Shown here piece by piece: positions 1 through 13,681 of a stretch of 64,000 nucleotides of DNA (positions are counted from its first letter, which is position 1; each line of letters opens with the position of its first letter). Origin of the DNA: Paraphysomonas bandaiensis (Eukaryota > Protista > Chrysophyceae); NCBI GenBank assembly GCA_965644295.1, contig CBFFRP010000407.1, forward strand, positions 1 through 64,000. The letters are read 5' to 3'. The notes beneath the pieces were generated by a model. It did not search any database, was not told the origin of the DNA, and worked only from the letters and a program-made list of their open reading frames with translations. The translations under genes and the position numbers were made by a program.

Positions 1-1001
1 GTATTCTCCTTCGGTCTCTATGTCCCTGATCGTATACGGCAGTATACCGTGTATATGTGGCTGTATGTGATATCTCCCACAAACATCGTATTCTTATATT
101 TCGTGAATAAATTGAAGCAAAAATACTCTATGGAACTGCAGTATAACTACGGCTAGAGTACATATAATTGTTGTCTCAATATTAGAGGCATATTTGAACA
201 AAAATATACCAAGGATGCAGATACGATTGACAGATATGTCCCACACGTACATGCTGCTGCTGGTGATGATGAACCATGCGAGAGATAGTATGCCAGAGAG
301 GCTCTATGAAGGGACTTCAACTCCACACATCTATGGAGTGATGGGGGCATGTGGAGGCGAGCATTAGACTGTTGTCATGCAATGAATGTCAATGAGTCGT
401 GAGGACGACACTCACGTGAAGTTGGATGATTTTGGATTACTTTTAAGCGTCTATCGTCTGGAGGTACGTGACTTTGATGAGTCGATATGGAACACGAGGT
501 TGCGTAGTACCTGGCATTATATGCGACCTTATGGAGAGTTAAGTGACCCATCGATACGTTTATACGGAAGCTACGAGGGTGTTAAAATGCTGCATTATGT
601 TTTAAAAAGATGTTAGCATGGTATTTGTCAGATGACCTAACCCTACTCACACAGTAATTGTAACGAATATAGAGAAGCCGTGAAAAAATATAGCACTAGT
701 AGTTGAAATCAATTTTGTTGATAGCAACTTAGCATCATAGCACTAATTCATCTTCCAAGTCAAAGTAGAATACCTTGAGTTATCTTGACCCCAATATATA
801 TACAATTATTACGAGTAGAAAGTGAAAAAATCAGCCCATACGGTGCCACTCTAGATTCTGAAGATTTCTTAATTTCTGAAATCTATAAATTCTGAAGATT
901 AATAATAGTAAATGCTCAACCAGTCATCAAAAATAACGTTATTGCACATAGTATACAACAAATCCATAGTAATATGACATATAACTTTATCTATCAATTC
1001 G

Positions 1002-4000
1002 CTACTGAACAAAACAAGACAGCAGAGCATCTTCCAATTGCGTAGCTAACACACCGCGAGATGAACTCTCGTAGGAAGCCTGCTGCAATCCTCTTTGAAT
1101 ATTTTTCAAAGTGTGAGGTGGCAACTCTGCTATCAAATTGCTGTTCGGATTGTACATATCGTAGCCTTCACTGGAAGAGAGAAGGAGAGTGTGAACATAT
1201 GCCAAACACGCATCTATACTCTGTCCGTTGCACAAAAGTACTGATATAGCATCATATAGTCTGGCTCTTGCCAACGATGATATGTACTGCACAAATATCA
1301 TTACATGCAGCATTTAAACACACAACGCATTACTCGGAGCACAACCACACTGACCTGAATATTATCCGGGCGCATTCTCTCCAACATAGAAGATATGTCA
1401 CTTAAAGTTCCAGAATCCAAAAGAGAGAGCACAGTATCATTGTTAACATACCCCGGAGATCTCCTTGAGGGACTAAAGTATGAATCCTCATCCTTCGAAT
1501 ACATATCGGGGTGACTGCGATAAGTGCCACTCGGAAAGCCAGCGTTGCCACCATTTCTATGGATATGAGAGTCCGAAGTGTCGATATGAATTTTATCTCG
1601 TGGAACGCTTGCACCAGCCCCTGTGCCCTCCCGCTTCCTATATATTTTGTTCAAAAGAATTAAGAAAATAAAACTCAAATGGTTAGATAGAAGATAATCA
1701 GTATAATCACACGACATGGGTATATAGACGTACCTCTCTTGTGCTTTGAGTGCCCTCACTGTACTCGCGGCACCACCTTGTACCGGCTTCCTTCCTAAAT
1801 ACTCATGTTATGTGCACAACGAATTACCTAAAGCTAAAAAATAGCACAATATATAGCACAAATACGCCAAAAAAGCACATTTAAAATCTTTTACTGGCTA
1901 TAGTGATGCATAAAACGTTAAATTTACCTGAATAGTACTCTTTCTCATCATCTGACCCACCTAAAGCAGTTGTGGCAGCTGACATGTCGTCGGGGACACC
2001 TTCATCACCACCGGTTGGTGTTCCCATCTCAACGAAAAATCCGGATTGCCTAAACAAAATCACAAAATTAAACATTTAGGTTATCAAGACACACACATGA
2101 GGCTACACATTATATATGGCAACACAATTCAACACCACTACACATATCAAGGCCGAGGATGTGGAGCAACATACCCCTTGTTCGTAGCACCACTGCTTGT
2201 TCGCTCTCGTAGAATTTTCTTTTGCTGTCGCTTAAGAGCCTCTATTTCACTGCTCTTGGAAACGCTTTTGCTACTTCCTGGTCGTTTCGAACCGCCCTTA
2301 GAACCGGAAGTTTTAGAGCGGGACAGAGGTCTCTCTGACGCTGTGGAACTCCTCACAGATCCCATGTTCGCTTGACTTTGTGAATTGCCGACAGATACCA
2401 TGTCTCCACGACTAGGACTGTCCTTACAGTCATTTGAACCTTGTTTCAGTCCACTACTTCGATTAATAGCGCTTCTTTTGTTGTCTAATGATCGGGAACG
2501 CTGCTCAGTCGTCGCATCACCCAGTGAGTTTGATAGATTTTTGCCGCGAGGTTTATCTATCTCATGTATTGTATTCATGGATGTCGGTGTACTGGGGCGC
2601 ACAGATGGCTGACTTCGTTTGGGGATCGTGGGCCTACTCGGTGTCTGTGAATCTGAAGCAACAGATGCAGTAGAAGAGGCAGGAAGATTCGAGCGGTGCA
2701 CAGATCCGTCATATTGCTCGGTTGTCGCAGAGTGCGGAGGAATGCTGTGATGTGATGCGACTTCATTCATAGTAGATGAACTACGCAGAGGTTTACCTAC
2801 GATATCGAGACTATAAACACACATCATAAATAGTTATAGTGCACACACCCCCTGCAATTTTATCGTTCTCATCCCAGAAGAGTCCTCCGCCGTCCGACAA
2901 CTCATCGTGAGGAGGATCCCCTCGTAAACTGTCCGCTTGAACTTCACTGACTGTGCCACTATTATCACGTTTGCCGTCATTTCTATCCACATTAGCAGTA
3001 TCTGGAGATATAACTCTCTCCTTTGGAGATTTAATATCTCGAGACGTTGCATCGACGTCACTGAAATTTAATTTATCGTTGTTATGGGCCTTTTTTTGCG
3101 GCGGAGTCACTTCTTCGGATTCATCATACTTGATATTTTCTGAAGGAGTTTTACCAACTTCAATATGTGTAGATTCTTGAGGTGTAGACTTTGTATCACG
3201 ATGAATGCCCGCATCGTTTCCATTGGATCTCAGATCTTGAGTCACGCCGTCTTCATTTTCAAGTTTAGTTTCTGGAGGAGTACCCTGATCACCTTCACTG
3301 GGTTTGAAATCTGCAGGCATCCCCTTATCCCTTTCACTATTATCGCCAGCTAAAACGGTATTAGCTTCATTCGGTATATTATCCTTTGCATTTTCTCTGG
3401 CTATATTTTCTAAATGATCTGAAGTTTCCACTTTGCTAGTTTTAGTTGGTTCATCATTCGACTTATTATCATGTGTCGACTTATCCTCTTTGCTGGACTG
3501 AATACGCAGAGGTAAATCACCTCCAGCATCAGTCGAGACAGTTTTATTTTCTTCCGTCGGTGTCATTATTTCATGAGGTGATTCTTTACCTCCATCCATA
3601 TCATTGGAGTCCACTTTGTCGTCTTCTCGAGATTGGATCGATTGAGGATTTCCTCCATCCTTTTCACTGGTCCCAGTAACTTGAGGGTTAGCTGCATCAA
3701 CATCATTAGATCTAGAAGGTTTTGTACCAAGGCTACTTTTAAGCGGAGCAGCGTCCTTGTCCTGTGGGAGATCTGAAGCAACTCTGCGCACGTCTACCGT
3801 GTTGTCATTTCTGGACGTAGCTTTATACGTATTATTGCCTTCTGTGTCCGGCTTTTTACTCGTATCACGTATATCTGATTTCATATTATCACGACTCGTA
3901 GCAGCGTATTCAGGAAGTGATTCCTGTCCAGCCTCCCCAAAATCAATTTCATAACACACTTTTACTTCGCCGAGTGGCTTTTCATTCTGCAAGTTCTTCA

Positions 4001-5479
4001 TGTCGTAAACCGTGCCATACATTTCACAGGATTGATTCGTAAAAAACTCCATTATCGCACCATCTTCACCTCGAAATGGTTCGATTAAGTCAATTTCGGC
4101 CTCACCTACCAGCTCACTCTCTACATCATTGATTTTTAATACTAATTTGCTCAGCATTGTCTCCCAGTTGACCTGAACAAAACAATTATCATTTCTACTA
4201 AAGCTCCACTCAATTGACTCTTTCTCATTATTCTTCACTGGTGTTTGATAGTGAAAAATATCACCCAGATAAAAGTCTATGTATACTTCATCTTCCCCAT
4301 TCCAATGACACATCGTAATTTTTGTAAAATATACAATTGGATGCCATGTATACCCGCCCTCGTATATATTTTGGTTCGGTATACATTCGTCATGAAGTGG
4401 AAAAAAATCGTCTTCTTCTTGAAGAGGAAGATTAATATCTGGATGCTCAGGAGCGTCTTCAAAGCCATCTTGTGTCCCGTTTTGCCTAAAAATTTTAGCG
4501 TTTGCAGGCTGTTTTAGTAACTTTCTTAGCTTCTCATCAAATAGTCGAACGGGAGATGCTAGGGTGTTCGTAGTCATGGATTTCCTTGTTGTCTTACTAG
4601 TTACTGTGAATACATCGTTCAGGCAAATTGATACTGCTACAACAGGTTGACTTGAAACTTACCGGACACTCCACTTACGGATTTTGCTTTTTTGGGATCG
4701 TTTCCTGATGCTTTCTTTTTGACTTCATCAATGAGGTGACTCAATGTACCAACATTCAGTTGCTATATAGCATACAATGTTATATGTCTATTCTACTGTA
4801 TTCATAAATATATAAGTGGTTTCATCAACGCCTACCTCTCGTAAGCTTGCCGTATCATCTTCTCCAAACACTATCTTCACAGCAAGATGAACACTGCCAT
4901 CCACCTTACGCATGCCCGGTGCTTTGGTGAGTCTGAACCACTGAGGAACATCTACTATGGCATTAGATGCCGATTGCTTCTTCCCCCGCGCTATTACATC
5001 CTTCAAAGGAATTTTCAACTGTAATATACTATTAACTATGATGTGAATTACATCGGAAGAATAACCTCTCCTAGACTGTCGTATGAAACACTATCATTCT
5101 CCTCAATGTCTTCATCACGAACAAGTATGTGCAAATGGGCGTTGAAAAGTTCATCAATCCCTTCAACTACAATAGGAAAAGTAAATTTCTTATTCCATTT
5201 GGGTTTTATGGTTTTGTATTTGACTTCAGTGAGCAGGATTCCCTTATCTAACGGATCGTCCCAATTGGGCTTATCGGATATCGCACACACTTTCATAAAA
5301 CACACTGGATCACTCCTTCCCGTCTCCGCATCACTGGCTAATAAATCATTTGCTTCAATGATATGGACAATACAACGAGTGCATGTGAGTTTCGGCTCTG
5401 TGTTGACTCCGCTTGAAAAGTGACCATCTTCAACCGGACGAAACTTCAATAAACTCTTTTTATTCTTATTTCTACTCAT
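1002..5479 (-). CDS. Multi-exon C2-domain protein (N-terminal C2, second C2-like region, long acidic/low-complexity region)
   Basis: The ATG is at 5479. ORF 5048..5491 has a C2 pattern (VHIIEANDLLASDAETGRSDPVC...TEVKYKTIKPKWNKKFTF...VRDED...YDSLGE). GT-AG introns (e.g. 5019-5065, 4604-4662, 2797-2848) join the ORF-track pieces 4788..5018, 2811..4577, 2147..2827, 1881..2075, 1301..1759 and 1002..1313 in frame. Splicing was inferred by eye. Confidence 0.7.
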
Positions 5480-6168
5480 TCTCAGTAACACCTAAATAAT
5501 CCTGTGGGTCATGGATATGGGCATGGTGTGTTTATGGAGAGGTGTGAAGGTGTGTGATCTGGAGATGTTTGAATGCTCTGGGAGTTATAATAACGGCACT
5601 GTGATAGGGTTTATACGCAAAATAATAGCAATGTATACGTACAGCAAAAAATAAGTACTATACACTATATATAGAAACGAGTAATAATAATATCTAGATT
5701 TTGCTAAAATTGATAATTTTTTTGCGCAAATTTAGGAAACACTTTCATTCAGCTGCAAGAAATTTCTCCTTTTTTTACAGAAATAGTGCTGCAGCTATAA
5801 ATTGAATATTTTATGGTTTGAAATGATAAAACCCCAGAAATATAGTAGGACGGTTACATCATGAAGTGTATGGGTGTATGTGATGTACTGCTGTGCGTAT
5901 ATACACCAGTATATCGTACTGCAGCATGTACACACAGAGGTACTGTACTGCTGTATGTGTGTATGAGTGGGCAGAGTGAGTGTATTGAGGAATCCTCCTC
6001 TCACAGCAGTGTGCCATCTTACGTTACATGTAGTACTGCTGGATATCAATCACATCACAGCTCCTAAACCACCGCAGGTCGTACCTGCGTCATGATCATG
6101 ACTGTGTATGTGGTGTTGGAACTCTAGACTCGTGAGCGCCGACCGTAACACAACTCGACCTGCTTAAG

Positions 6169-7979
6169 ATGTCACAGTGTTCGAGTTCTTTCGCGACTAA
6201 TGATGCAGATTCATGTTGGGGGTCAGAGTCCATTACCTCTGAAGCTGATCATTTTCAACAGTATAAAGCTATTCTAAGCCGCTCTGTGTCAGTTGAAGGG
6301 CCCAACGCTCGCCCGCAACGTTCTTTCGGGGGAACGATTAAAATAAAACGAGATCCCAGAGAGGAAAAGAGTGACCACTACTCAATGACTAAGGAATTGG
6401 ACAAATGGAAATCCTACAATCACCTTGGTCAGACTTCTTCGCGGCCTCGATTGGCTAAAACATATGGAAAATTACTTGATGGACCTGGACCAGCCGACTA
6501 TTCTCCTAATCCTGCGCTGCGTAGTACTGAAGAAACAGCACCAACTTACACTCTTCATTCACGTGTAAAATATGATGTCGTAGATAAGCTTGTCACACCT
6601 GGTCCTGGATCGTATCCATCGAAATCTTGTATTCAAGCTGCCAGAGAACTGCTGAGAAGAGAACCCAAACTGTCAAGAAAGCCCCCAAAAGGTAAAAGCA
6701 GTGACCGTGCCACCAATATTATGTTGTATGAATTTATTGTGGTATGTATGTCGTATGTATATAACAATTACGTTGCTGATGATTTCTACGTTCAAACGTT
6801 AATATTATGGGCCGCTTTTTACAATATATTAAAATATTCATAGATTACTTCTTGAACTATATCTGTGACTGGTACAATTTGTTGTGCGTGATTAACTTCG
6901 TACTATTAAACAGAAAAAATTGGACCCGGATATTACAATCCCACTCCAGCAGCTGAATTCAGCAAGTTCCATAGGGAAGTGAAAGCGTTAATGCCACGCC
7001 GAGATGAAGGGCATATGTCACGTAAAGTTATCGACAAGCGAACGCTTCATGTTCAAAAAGCGAAAAAGAAACAGAAGGGGAAAAAAGTGGCTGACTCGCA
7101 CCTGGGTGAGTCACCATATAATGCGCTCTATACTTTATTAAATAATTCACGTGACTTCTACTTTCGAATCACTCTTGTTGCAGGGCCGGGAACATACTTT
7201 CACCCAACACCAGAAATTCGACCAGTTACTTCCCCTGAAGTTAACAATACGACTTTAACCCGAAAGGTCAACAAGTTCTATGATGTGGACCCTATGAGTC
7301 CTGCCAGGGTTGTACATACATTAGGCGTGCGCCGACCTGATGCTGCCCAAATAAAAGGTGCACCTTTGTATGGGTGGTTGTGCTTTTCATCCATCCCATC
7401 ATATTTCGTTTCACTCTAATGTGGAATTGGTTATTTTTAGATGCATATAACCCTGGCCCTGGGTCGTATTCTCCTGAGAAAGCCCTCTTTGGAGACCAGC
7501 TATTGCTTGAAGGGGGGGGCTCCGTTACGCGGCCAGGCAAGCCGCTGCATCACATTACAGCGTCAGAGGGCCCTATACGTGGTCAACATGCCCCTGCAAT
7601 CAGTTCTATTACCCCGCTTAATCGCAAAAATATTACTATGAAGTCTGAGTTGAACACCTCTGGATCACCCAAAAAAGTAGTGGGTACATGGAAGCAGAAA
7701 TCGCCACCAGCATATAATTACAAATCACAGTATGCGTGTGCACATAAGAAACCAGAGCACGTTATATATAGGTAATTATCTCATATGTAAAGTGTAAGAC
7801 AACTAGCATATATTGGATATCTGACGTTTACGCTGTAATGTTTCTGTACTTCGTGCTGTAATATACTATACTCTAGAAAATGTGGGAGAATTATGGAATC
7901 GTCGGTGAAAAATAGAGATTACGTCATGCGGGGCTCAGGGTCGTCTGGCGCCTTCATGAGATTCAACGTTACGCACTAG
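6169..7979 (+). CDS. SHIPPO/ODF3/STPG-like PGP-repeat (sperm-tail PG-rich repeat) flagellar protein, spliced
   Basis: Repeated PGPGxY motifs: DGPGPADYSP, TPGPGSYP, IGPGYYNP, GPGTYFHP, NPGPGSYSP. Inferred exons are 6169-6691, 6914-7105, 7184-7357 and 7441-7771, plus a probable last exon 7877-7979. The alternative stop is at 7775. Confidence 0.75.
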
Positions 7980-9302
7980 ATATCTACGAAAACCAGCAAT
8001 GGAATGTTGAAGTTGTATTTGCAGGTGGCTTGCTTCGTGTGTTAGGACTTTTGTTTGAAATCTTGTTGTGGGTAGCGTATATGTGTATTTTTCAGCTCAA
8101 CGTATGAAGAACGATATTGTTTTTTAGTGCCACAGAATATGAAGGTTATTTAAGGCATAATATATTTCCTTAGAAATGTGTCCAGAATAGTTATTTACTT
8201 GTTGACACTATATACGGACATTTCGATCTTTGTAGCAAGTTTAGTCTGCAGCTTAGACAGAAGTAGTGTTGTGAGCATGCACAGCGTACATCACTATCAA
8301 AAAATTTCTGAAGTTTAATTTTCTGTATACCGACAAATGCTTAGGATCTATAATAAATGCCATATAATATATAAACTTCCTGCGTCGTAGTTATATTCAA
8401 CTGTCGAATGTATACAAGGAATAGAAATAGAAATCGTGTTGTAGAGCTACTACGGTCCAGTGTATTAGAACTACATCAGGAGAAGTGCCACTTCAATCAG
8501 GTCTCTAAATTTTTTAATATATTTACACATTTTGAAAGTGTGGTCATAGTGTAGGCGTGGAAGCTTGCTGGTACGCCACATACATATAATACCAAGATTT
8601 TGCGCTGATGTTACGTAGTAATCCACTCGTTCACCATCTTGGCTGGCCTTATAGATCGCACGTAGATTATGTGAAAACTCATCCGTTCTCGCCTTAATAA
8701 AGATTACACGGGATTTCTCATAGCTTGAGAGATTGAGTTTAGACAGCTTTGTTTTTCCTGATGCACACACTCGTGTATATACGTATGTACTGATATTGGC
8801 AAGTGCAACTATTCATGCCTCATGGAATTCAATGACACAACATACAAAAGTGAATACCCCAGTTCTATTCATGAATCAGTATAGGCCTAGCGTGTCACTG
8901 ACTGAGGCCTCTCCTCCCTTGTTCGAACTATGCAAGTATAGTGTAGTTCTAGCTGGCAGCCGGAGATGCTTGTTACCACGCACAAAAAATACACCGAGAA
9001 GTTATTAAAAATCTATACATTGCTTAGTTTAATCAGCACTAGCTCTCGGAATATGGTAATACTACACAACGACATACGGCCCCATAGTTGCCTCAATGAT
9101 AATCTCTTAACAGACTCCAAAAGAAAGTTAAATTATTTTTAAAAATTATACCAAAAATGAAAATAAGCAAGTTAGTAATCAAATAGTCTCAAATTGAGCC
9201 TAAGCAAGTTCAATAAATTAAAAAAATAAATGGCTCAAAGAAGTTGCCAAATCATGAAAAGAATGTTGACATCCTTGAAGACGAGGACGTCATAGTCTGA
9301 TG

Positions 9303-9731
9303 TCAAGCAGATGATTTCTGGACGTTAATCTTGATCTTGTTAGGCTTTGCCTCGGGAAGTTTTGGAAACAAAACGGTGAGCACGCCATTCTCGAAGTTAG
9401 CGGTGCAGTTATTCTCATCTGCCATCTTTGGGAGCTTCAAGCACCTCTGCACGTGGCCAAACCCCCTCTCGATCCTGTGTTCCTTAACAGACCCTTGCTC
9501 GTAAGATTTATCGCGACTTGCCTTCAAAACCAAGCAGTGGTTCTCAACTGAAATGTCCAAGTCCTTCTCGTTCACTCCAGGCAGGTCTGCATGAATTTGG
9601 TAGTCGTTTTCAGTCTCAATCATGTCACAGTTCATTATGGGGTGCATGTTCGCCACGTGGCCCACCGATTCTGTTAGGGGAGCAAAGATATCACGATAGA
9701 GAGGGTCACCGCGCAGAATAGACACTGACAT
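9303..9731 (-). CDS. HSP20: Small heat-shock protein (HSP20/alpha-crystallin domain), copy 1
   Basis: Intronless, 142 aa, with DMIETENDYQIHADLPGV...ERGFGHVQRCLKLP...ANFENGVLTVLFPK and a C-terminal IxI motif (IKINV). Confidence 0.95.
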   Translation of the reverse strand: MSVSILRGDPLYRDIFAPLTESVGHVANMHPIMNCDMIETENDYQIHADLPGVNEKDLDISVENHCLVLKASRDKSYEQGSVKEHRIERGFGHVQRCLKLPKMADENNCTANFENGVLTVLFPKLPEAKPNKIKINVQKSSA

Positions 9732-9849
9732 AGTTGTGTAAGTCTTCTCGTTAAGAGTTTGATTGAGTTGTGATGGATACGCTTCGATCTTGTTTAGTTT
9801 ATGACAAAACCTCTGAATTGAATGAAACCGGATGTTTTCATCACTATAT

Positions 9850-9910
9850 TTCTAGAAATTCCACAGAAACGCCTAGAAACCCTTATTTTCTGGAAAGATC
9901 TACAGAAATT
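9850..9910 (-). promoter_or_regulatory. Heat-shock-element-like cluster upstream of HSP20 copy 1
   Basis: TTCTAGAA (9850-9857) and TTCTGGAA (9888-9895) are inverted nGAAn pairs, with extra AGAAA units, 120-170 bp upstream of the ATG. Confidence 0.65.
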
Positions 9911-11133
9911 CAAGGATGTAAGATAGAAACCCCGTATTTTTCAGTGTTATTTGTACAATATATACTAAAAACCCGGGTTTTGTTGCTTGCTTGTATTGAA
10001 GTCAATGCTACGTGGCGGATGTATGAAGAATGCATGAAGTGTCGGGAGCCTGTAAGCAGGAAGTCACGAGCCCTTAAAGAGCAATCAGTGCTAGTTGAGA
10101 AAGAATAATCGAGACGATCCATCAGAGACACAGAGACACACAGCGACTGGTGTCTAATGCAGGGGTGTGTTGAGATCTGGAGCACAGCACGATATCATGC
10201 CCGCCATACAAACACTCTTAATAACACCAACCGACAGGAGAAGTAGAGAAACATGGGCGCTATTGCCACCTTGAAGATCGCATACAGAGTTCAGTTGCTG
10301 CATAGTTTGTTGGCTGTGTATGATAATGAAGGGGCTTATATCCAGGCTCAAGAGGCCGCTAAGCGCCGTAAAGTGGGATGTCACGGTATGAATTAAGTCG
10401 TGCGGATAGATATTGTAAACCTATTTCGGGCCGTGACCTTTCTGACTTGTGTGTCACTGTGGTCCAGTTTTCAATTAAGATATCCACTTTCAATGATATT
10501 CCGGAAGTTGCTAAACATGGCTACGCAGGCTGTGGTAACAACGACACGTGATAATTAGCTGTCAAACTTGATACTTGCTGAAGATAGTCTTTACGTCATC
10601 AATCTTGAAGTCGATGAACTCACAGGGAGGCTAATGTCTGATGCGCACGTGCTTCCAGGAAAGATCTACAGAAATACAATGATTGCTACCCGCGTTTTTC
10701 ATTGCTATCAAATGTTTATGTGTGTTATCTTTATATGAGGACCTTGTTAGTAAATTGGGGGAAGGGACAGCAACTTATATCTTAGTACTTTGTGTGGTAA
10801 TTTTCTGAGTGTCCATTGCATTACTCTGTGTCAGGGCTGCGTATCATATGGAATAATTGAAATTGGGAGAGCAAATCATAATTCTAATTATAATTGACTA
10901 CAACTTGCTTCATTTAATTGTTTTAAAAAATACCGTCAATTTGACTATGCAGGATTAGAGTGCGTATATTAGTTATTACACATAATCATAAGTTGTATAA
11001 ACTACGTGTAGCTAGTTAATTCAAAATTGGTATAGGATAATTAACACGTGTTCAAATGTGCTTATTATGAAACTGAGAGACGAATTATAGATTATACAAT
11101 TTGCCTGGCTTCTGGAAAAAATGCTGAAAAAAA

Positions 11134-12266
11134 CAGCTGGACCAGGTAAAAATATATTGAATCGCAATTATTTATTTTTCTTGCTGCACTACATATATTT
11201 ATTATTATAGCAAAATTTATCCTCGCAATATATTGTTCACGCATATGTTACTTTGAAAATATATTTGATTAATCATAAATTACTCGTCTATTATTATAAT
11301 ATTAAACAAATCTGATAATTACCGGCAACGAAGAACGCTATTCATGTACGATATTAGAATTTGTACTGTCTCCTCTGCTAAGCTATTCACCAAGTATATA
11401 GTAAAGTCCATCCTTTTAAAAGTATGCTGTCCTCCTCGTACAACTAAAGACTGACTGAGTATACTTTTCTTATGATCTGTAAGAGCATGCAAGTGTAAAA
11501 TTATCACCATAATAGCCCATTTTGGCCAAAACACAAAACTTATTATTAGATTTCAAATTATACTGGCCACAACACCGTCATCTCTTCCATATTTATTGCA
11601 CATAAGGTGTTGGTATTACTTCCTCGAAGTAAGAAGAAGTTTTCTCTTTCTTGTCTCAGCTTATGGTTCCAACATTGCTCTGGTGTATCGCTACGTGCAA
11701 ATTGAAGCTATCCGACTGTAACTTGGATGAAGTTTTGCTGCTGCTCCCTTTGACAGCGGAACATTCATGTACTTCGCAGCTGCAAGAGGAACTGAAGATT
11801 AGATTATTGAAAGTCTTTTTATTTAGCAATAGGCGTTAAAAACTCATACCGATACAGTGGCTAGTTGAATGCTAGATCTACTAGGAAGATTAGATGCTGA
11901 TACAACAAGAAGGTGAACAGAAGTTGGACATGAGTGAGGTTCGCCTTCAGATTAATCTGCTCTTAGAAGGCTCCCTGTCACAGCTTCCCACCTCTACGTA
12001 GATGCTTATATTGACGCCTCGAACTGCTGCTGTTCCTTCGCTTCAACACAGGCACTTGTGAACCACAAAGACAGTGCTAAAGGCGATGATCATGACTGGA
12101 ATGAGGACGACAGTGTGACGAAGCGTTGGAATACTTAGAGTACTAGTTGCTGCATTGTTATTATTGGCCCTCAATATATCAATATATTATTGCAATATAT
12201 ATTATTCATTATTGGTCGTATTATTTTTTATTTTTGCTGGCAGTATAATATTGTTTTCGGGGCCTG
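11134..12266. mobile_element. Degenerate internally deleted hAT-like DNA transposon
   Basis: The left part (11140-11360) matches the CAGGG-ended family sequence at 46686-46890 and 63270-63561. The right part (12012-12266) matches 47776-48039 and ends in ...GGGGCCTG. Confidence 0.5.
11805..11884 (-). mobile_element. 80-bp 3'-terminal fragment of the LINE family with 11-bp TSD
   Basis: The reverse complement matches the LINE 3' end (ctagcattcaactagccact...aacgcctattgctaaata..agactttcaat). It is flanked by the direct repeat GAAGATTAGAT at 11794-11804 and 11885-11895. Confidence 0.8.
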
Positions 12267-12665
12267 TCTACAAATATGAGCAGTAAGCGTACTGTGTACC
12301 AGAAGTCACTTAAGGTTGCGAGATACTTGGGAGCTTGTATTTCTGGCTGTGATAAGTTAAATAAGCATTCTGTTTTCTTGTTTTGACAAACAAGCGCATT
12401 TCTTTTCAGTGATCTTAGGCTTCAAAACCTAAGTTTTGCATAATAGTATCACCCGAATTCGCATTAGTCGTAGACTGAACCATTTTACAAAATAATTCTT
12501 CAAAGTGCTCGCATATAGCTGGCAAACCGATTATAACTTCTATAACAACACCCGGTTTGATAACCCTGGTGCGTACTGTTTACTGCACGAGTGATTTTTG
12601 ATGATTTTGTACCGGCAATTGCGAACTCAAAATAATGCTCTCAAGCTCCGAAAGAATGAGCTGTT

Positions 12666-13198
12666 CCATCAACAAAGTTGGACTGGCACCTTTTCGTGGT
12701 GTTCTGGGGGGAATAAGCACCGGAGATATATCTCCGGGAAACTAACGTGAGCCGCATATATATAGTCAGCAGATATTCTTTTGCCAAACGCTTTTGTGGT
12801 ACAAAGGACACTATTTAGTGTCACTTGTGTAGATATCTTTGGGCCTTGACGAACAAATCAGGTATCCGGGTTATTCACCTTCTTAAGGACTCAACCCCCT
12901 GAAGTTAGCAGGTGTCAAGTATATCAACATTCTGCTTGCTGACAGCGTCTGCTTTGAGCAATGGAGCGAAAGTAACTTCAGGGTGTTGAGTATATCAACA
13001 TTCTGCTTGCTGACAGCGTGCGTCTGCTTTGAGCAATGGAGCGAAAGTGGTTTCACCTTGGTGCTTGCGGTGATCCACAAGCAGCTTTCGTTGCATTAAA
13101 TAGTAAAATATCAGAGTTAAGCACTAGTTAGGTAAATTGTAATGCCCTATTAGTCCTGACTATTAGAAGCCTATTGATAGTAACAAGACATTCACAAC
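12666..13198 (+). mobile_element. SINE-like non-coding retroposon, copy A
   Basis: Homologous end to end with 29514..30011 and 56186..56644, with the same 5' start (aacaaagtYggact) and the same 3' tail. It has an internal tandem duplication of ~55 bp (12919-12973 vs 12990-13048). Confidence 0.75.
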
Positions 13199-13278
13199 TA
13201 TTTTATTATATTGTCAACTTGTTATATTATATTATGTATTGTATTCAGTTTCCTTGTTTTTGTGTACTAGTAGGATTC

Positions 13279-13538
13279 TATTCAATTAATCTGTGATTAA
13301 ACGCGATATTGGAGGTGTGTCCAGCTTCAGGTTAGAAAATCGCATTAATCACTTAATCCATCATCTTAGACAAAATGACTTTAGCCAGAAAATGTCGTGG
13401 AAGTAGATTTTGCAGGGCCCAATGTAAGGACACCACACAAAAATTTACAACTTTTTTCAATTAAAAAGTGTTTCCACGTGGCTAACGAATATAGTACGTA
13501 CCATAAATACAACAATATATCATTATATTAATTCACTC
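13279..13538. repeat. Diverged dispersed repeat, partner ~55508..55727
   Basis: Shared blocks: attcaattWatctgtgattaaa...aggtgtgtMcagctt.aggtt.gaaa..., acttttttcaattaaaa, and catt.tattaattcact. Confidence 0.6.
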
Positions 13539-13681
13539 TACAATGCATCGGTGGACTAGCGTAGAAACACTAATCAGCCACAAAAGTAACTGTGCAAACT
13601 TACAGGAGCCACATCATCCATGAGTTTATGTCACAAATAACATATGCATCCATAGTGTGTGGAACCAATGAATAAATACTA

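Larger units (their letters stand above)
9098..10260. repeat. Dispersed direct duplication (~1.16 kb: HSP20 gene, promoter and 3' flank), partner 53770..54928
   Basis: Near-identical sequence in the same orientation, offset ~44.67 kb. Confidence 0.95.

Noticed and set aside
153-616. Short ORFs at the window start
   Set aside because: They show no recognisable domain or consistent splice model. They may belong to a gene outside the window.
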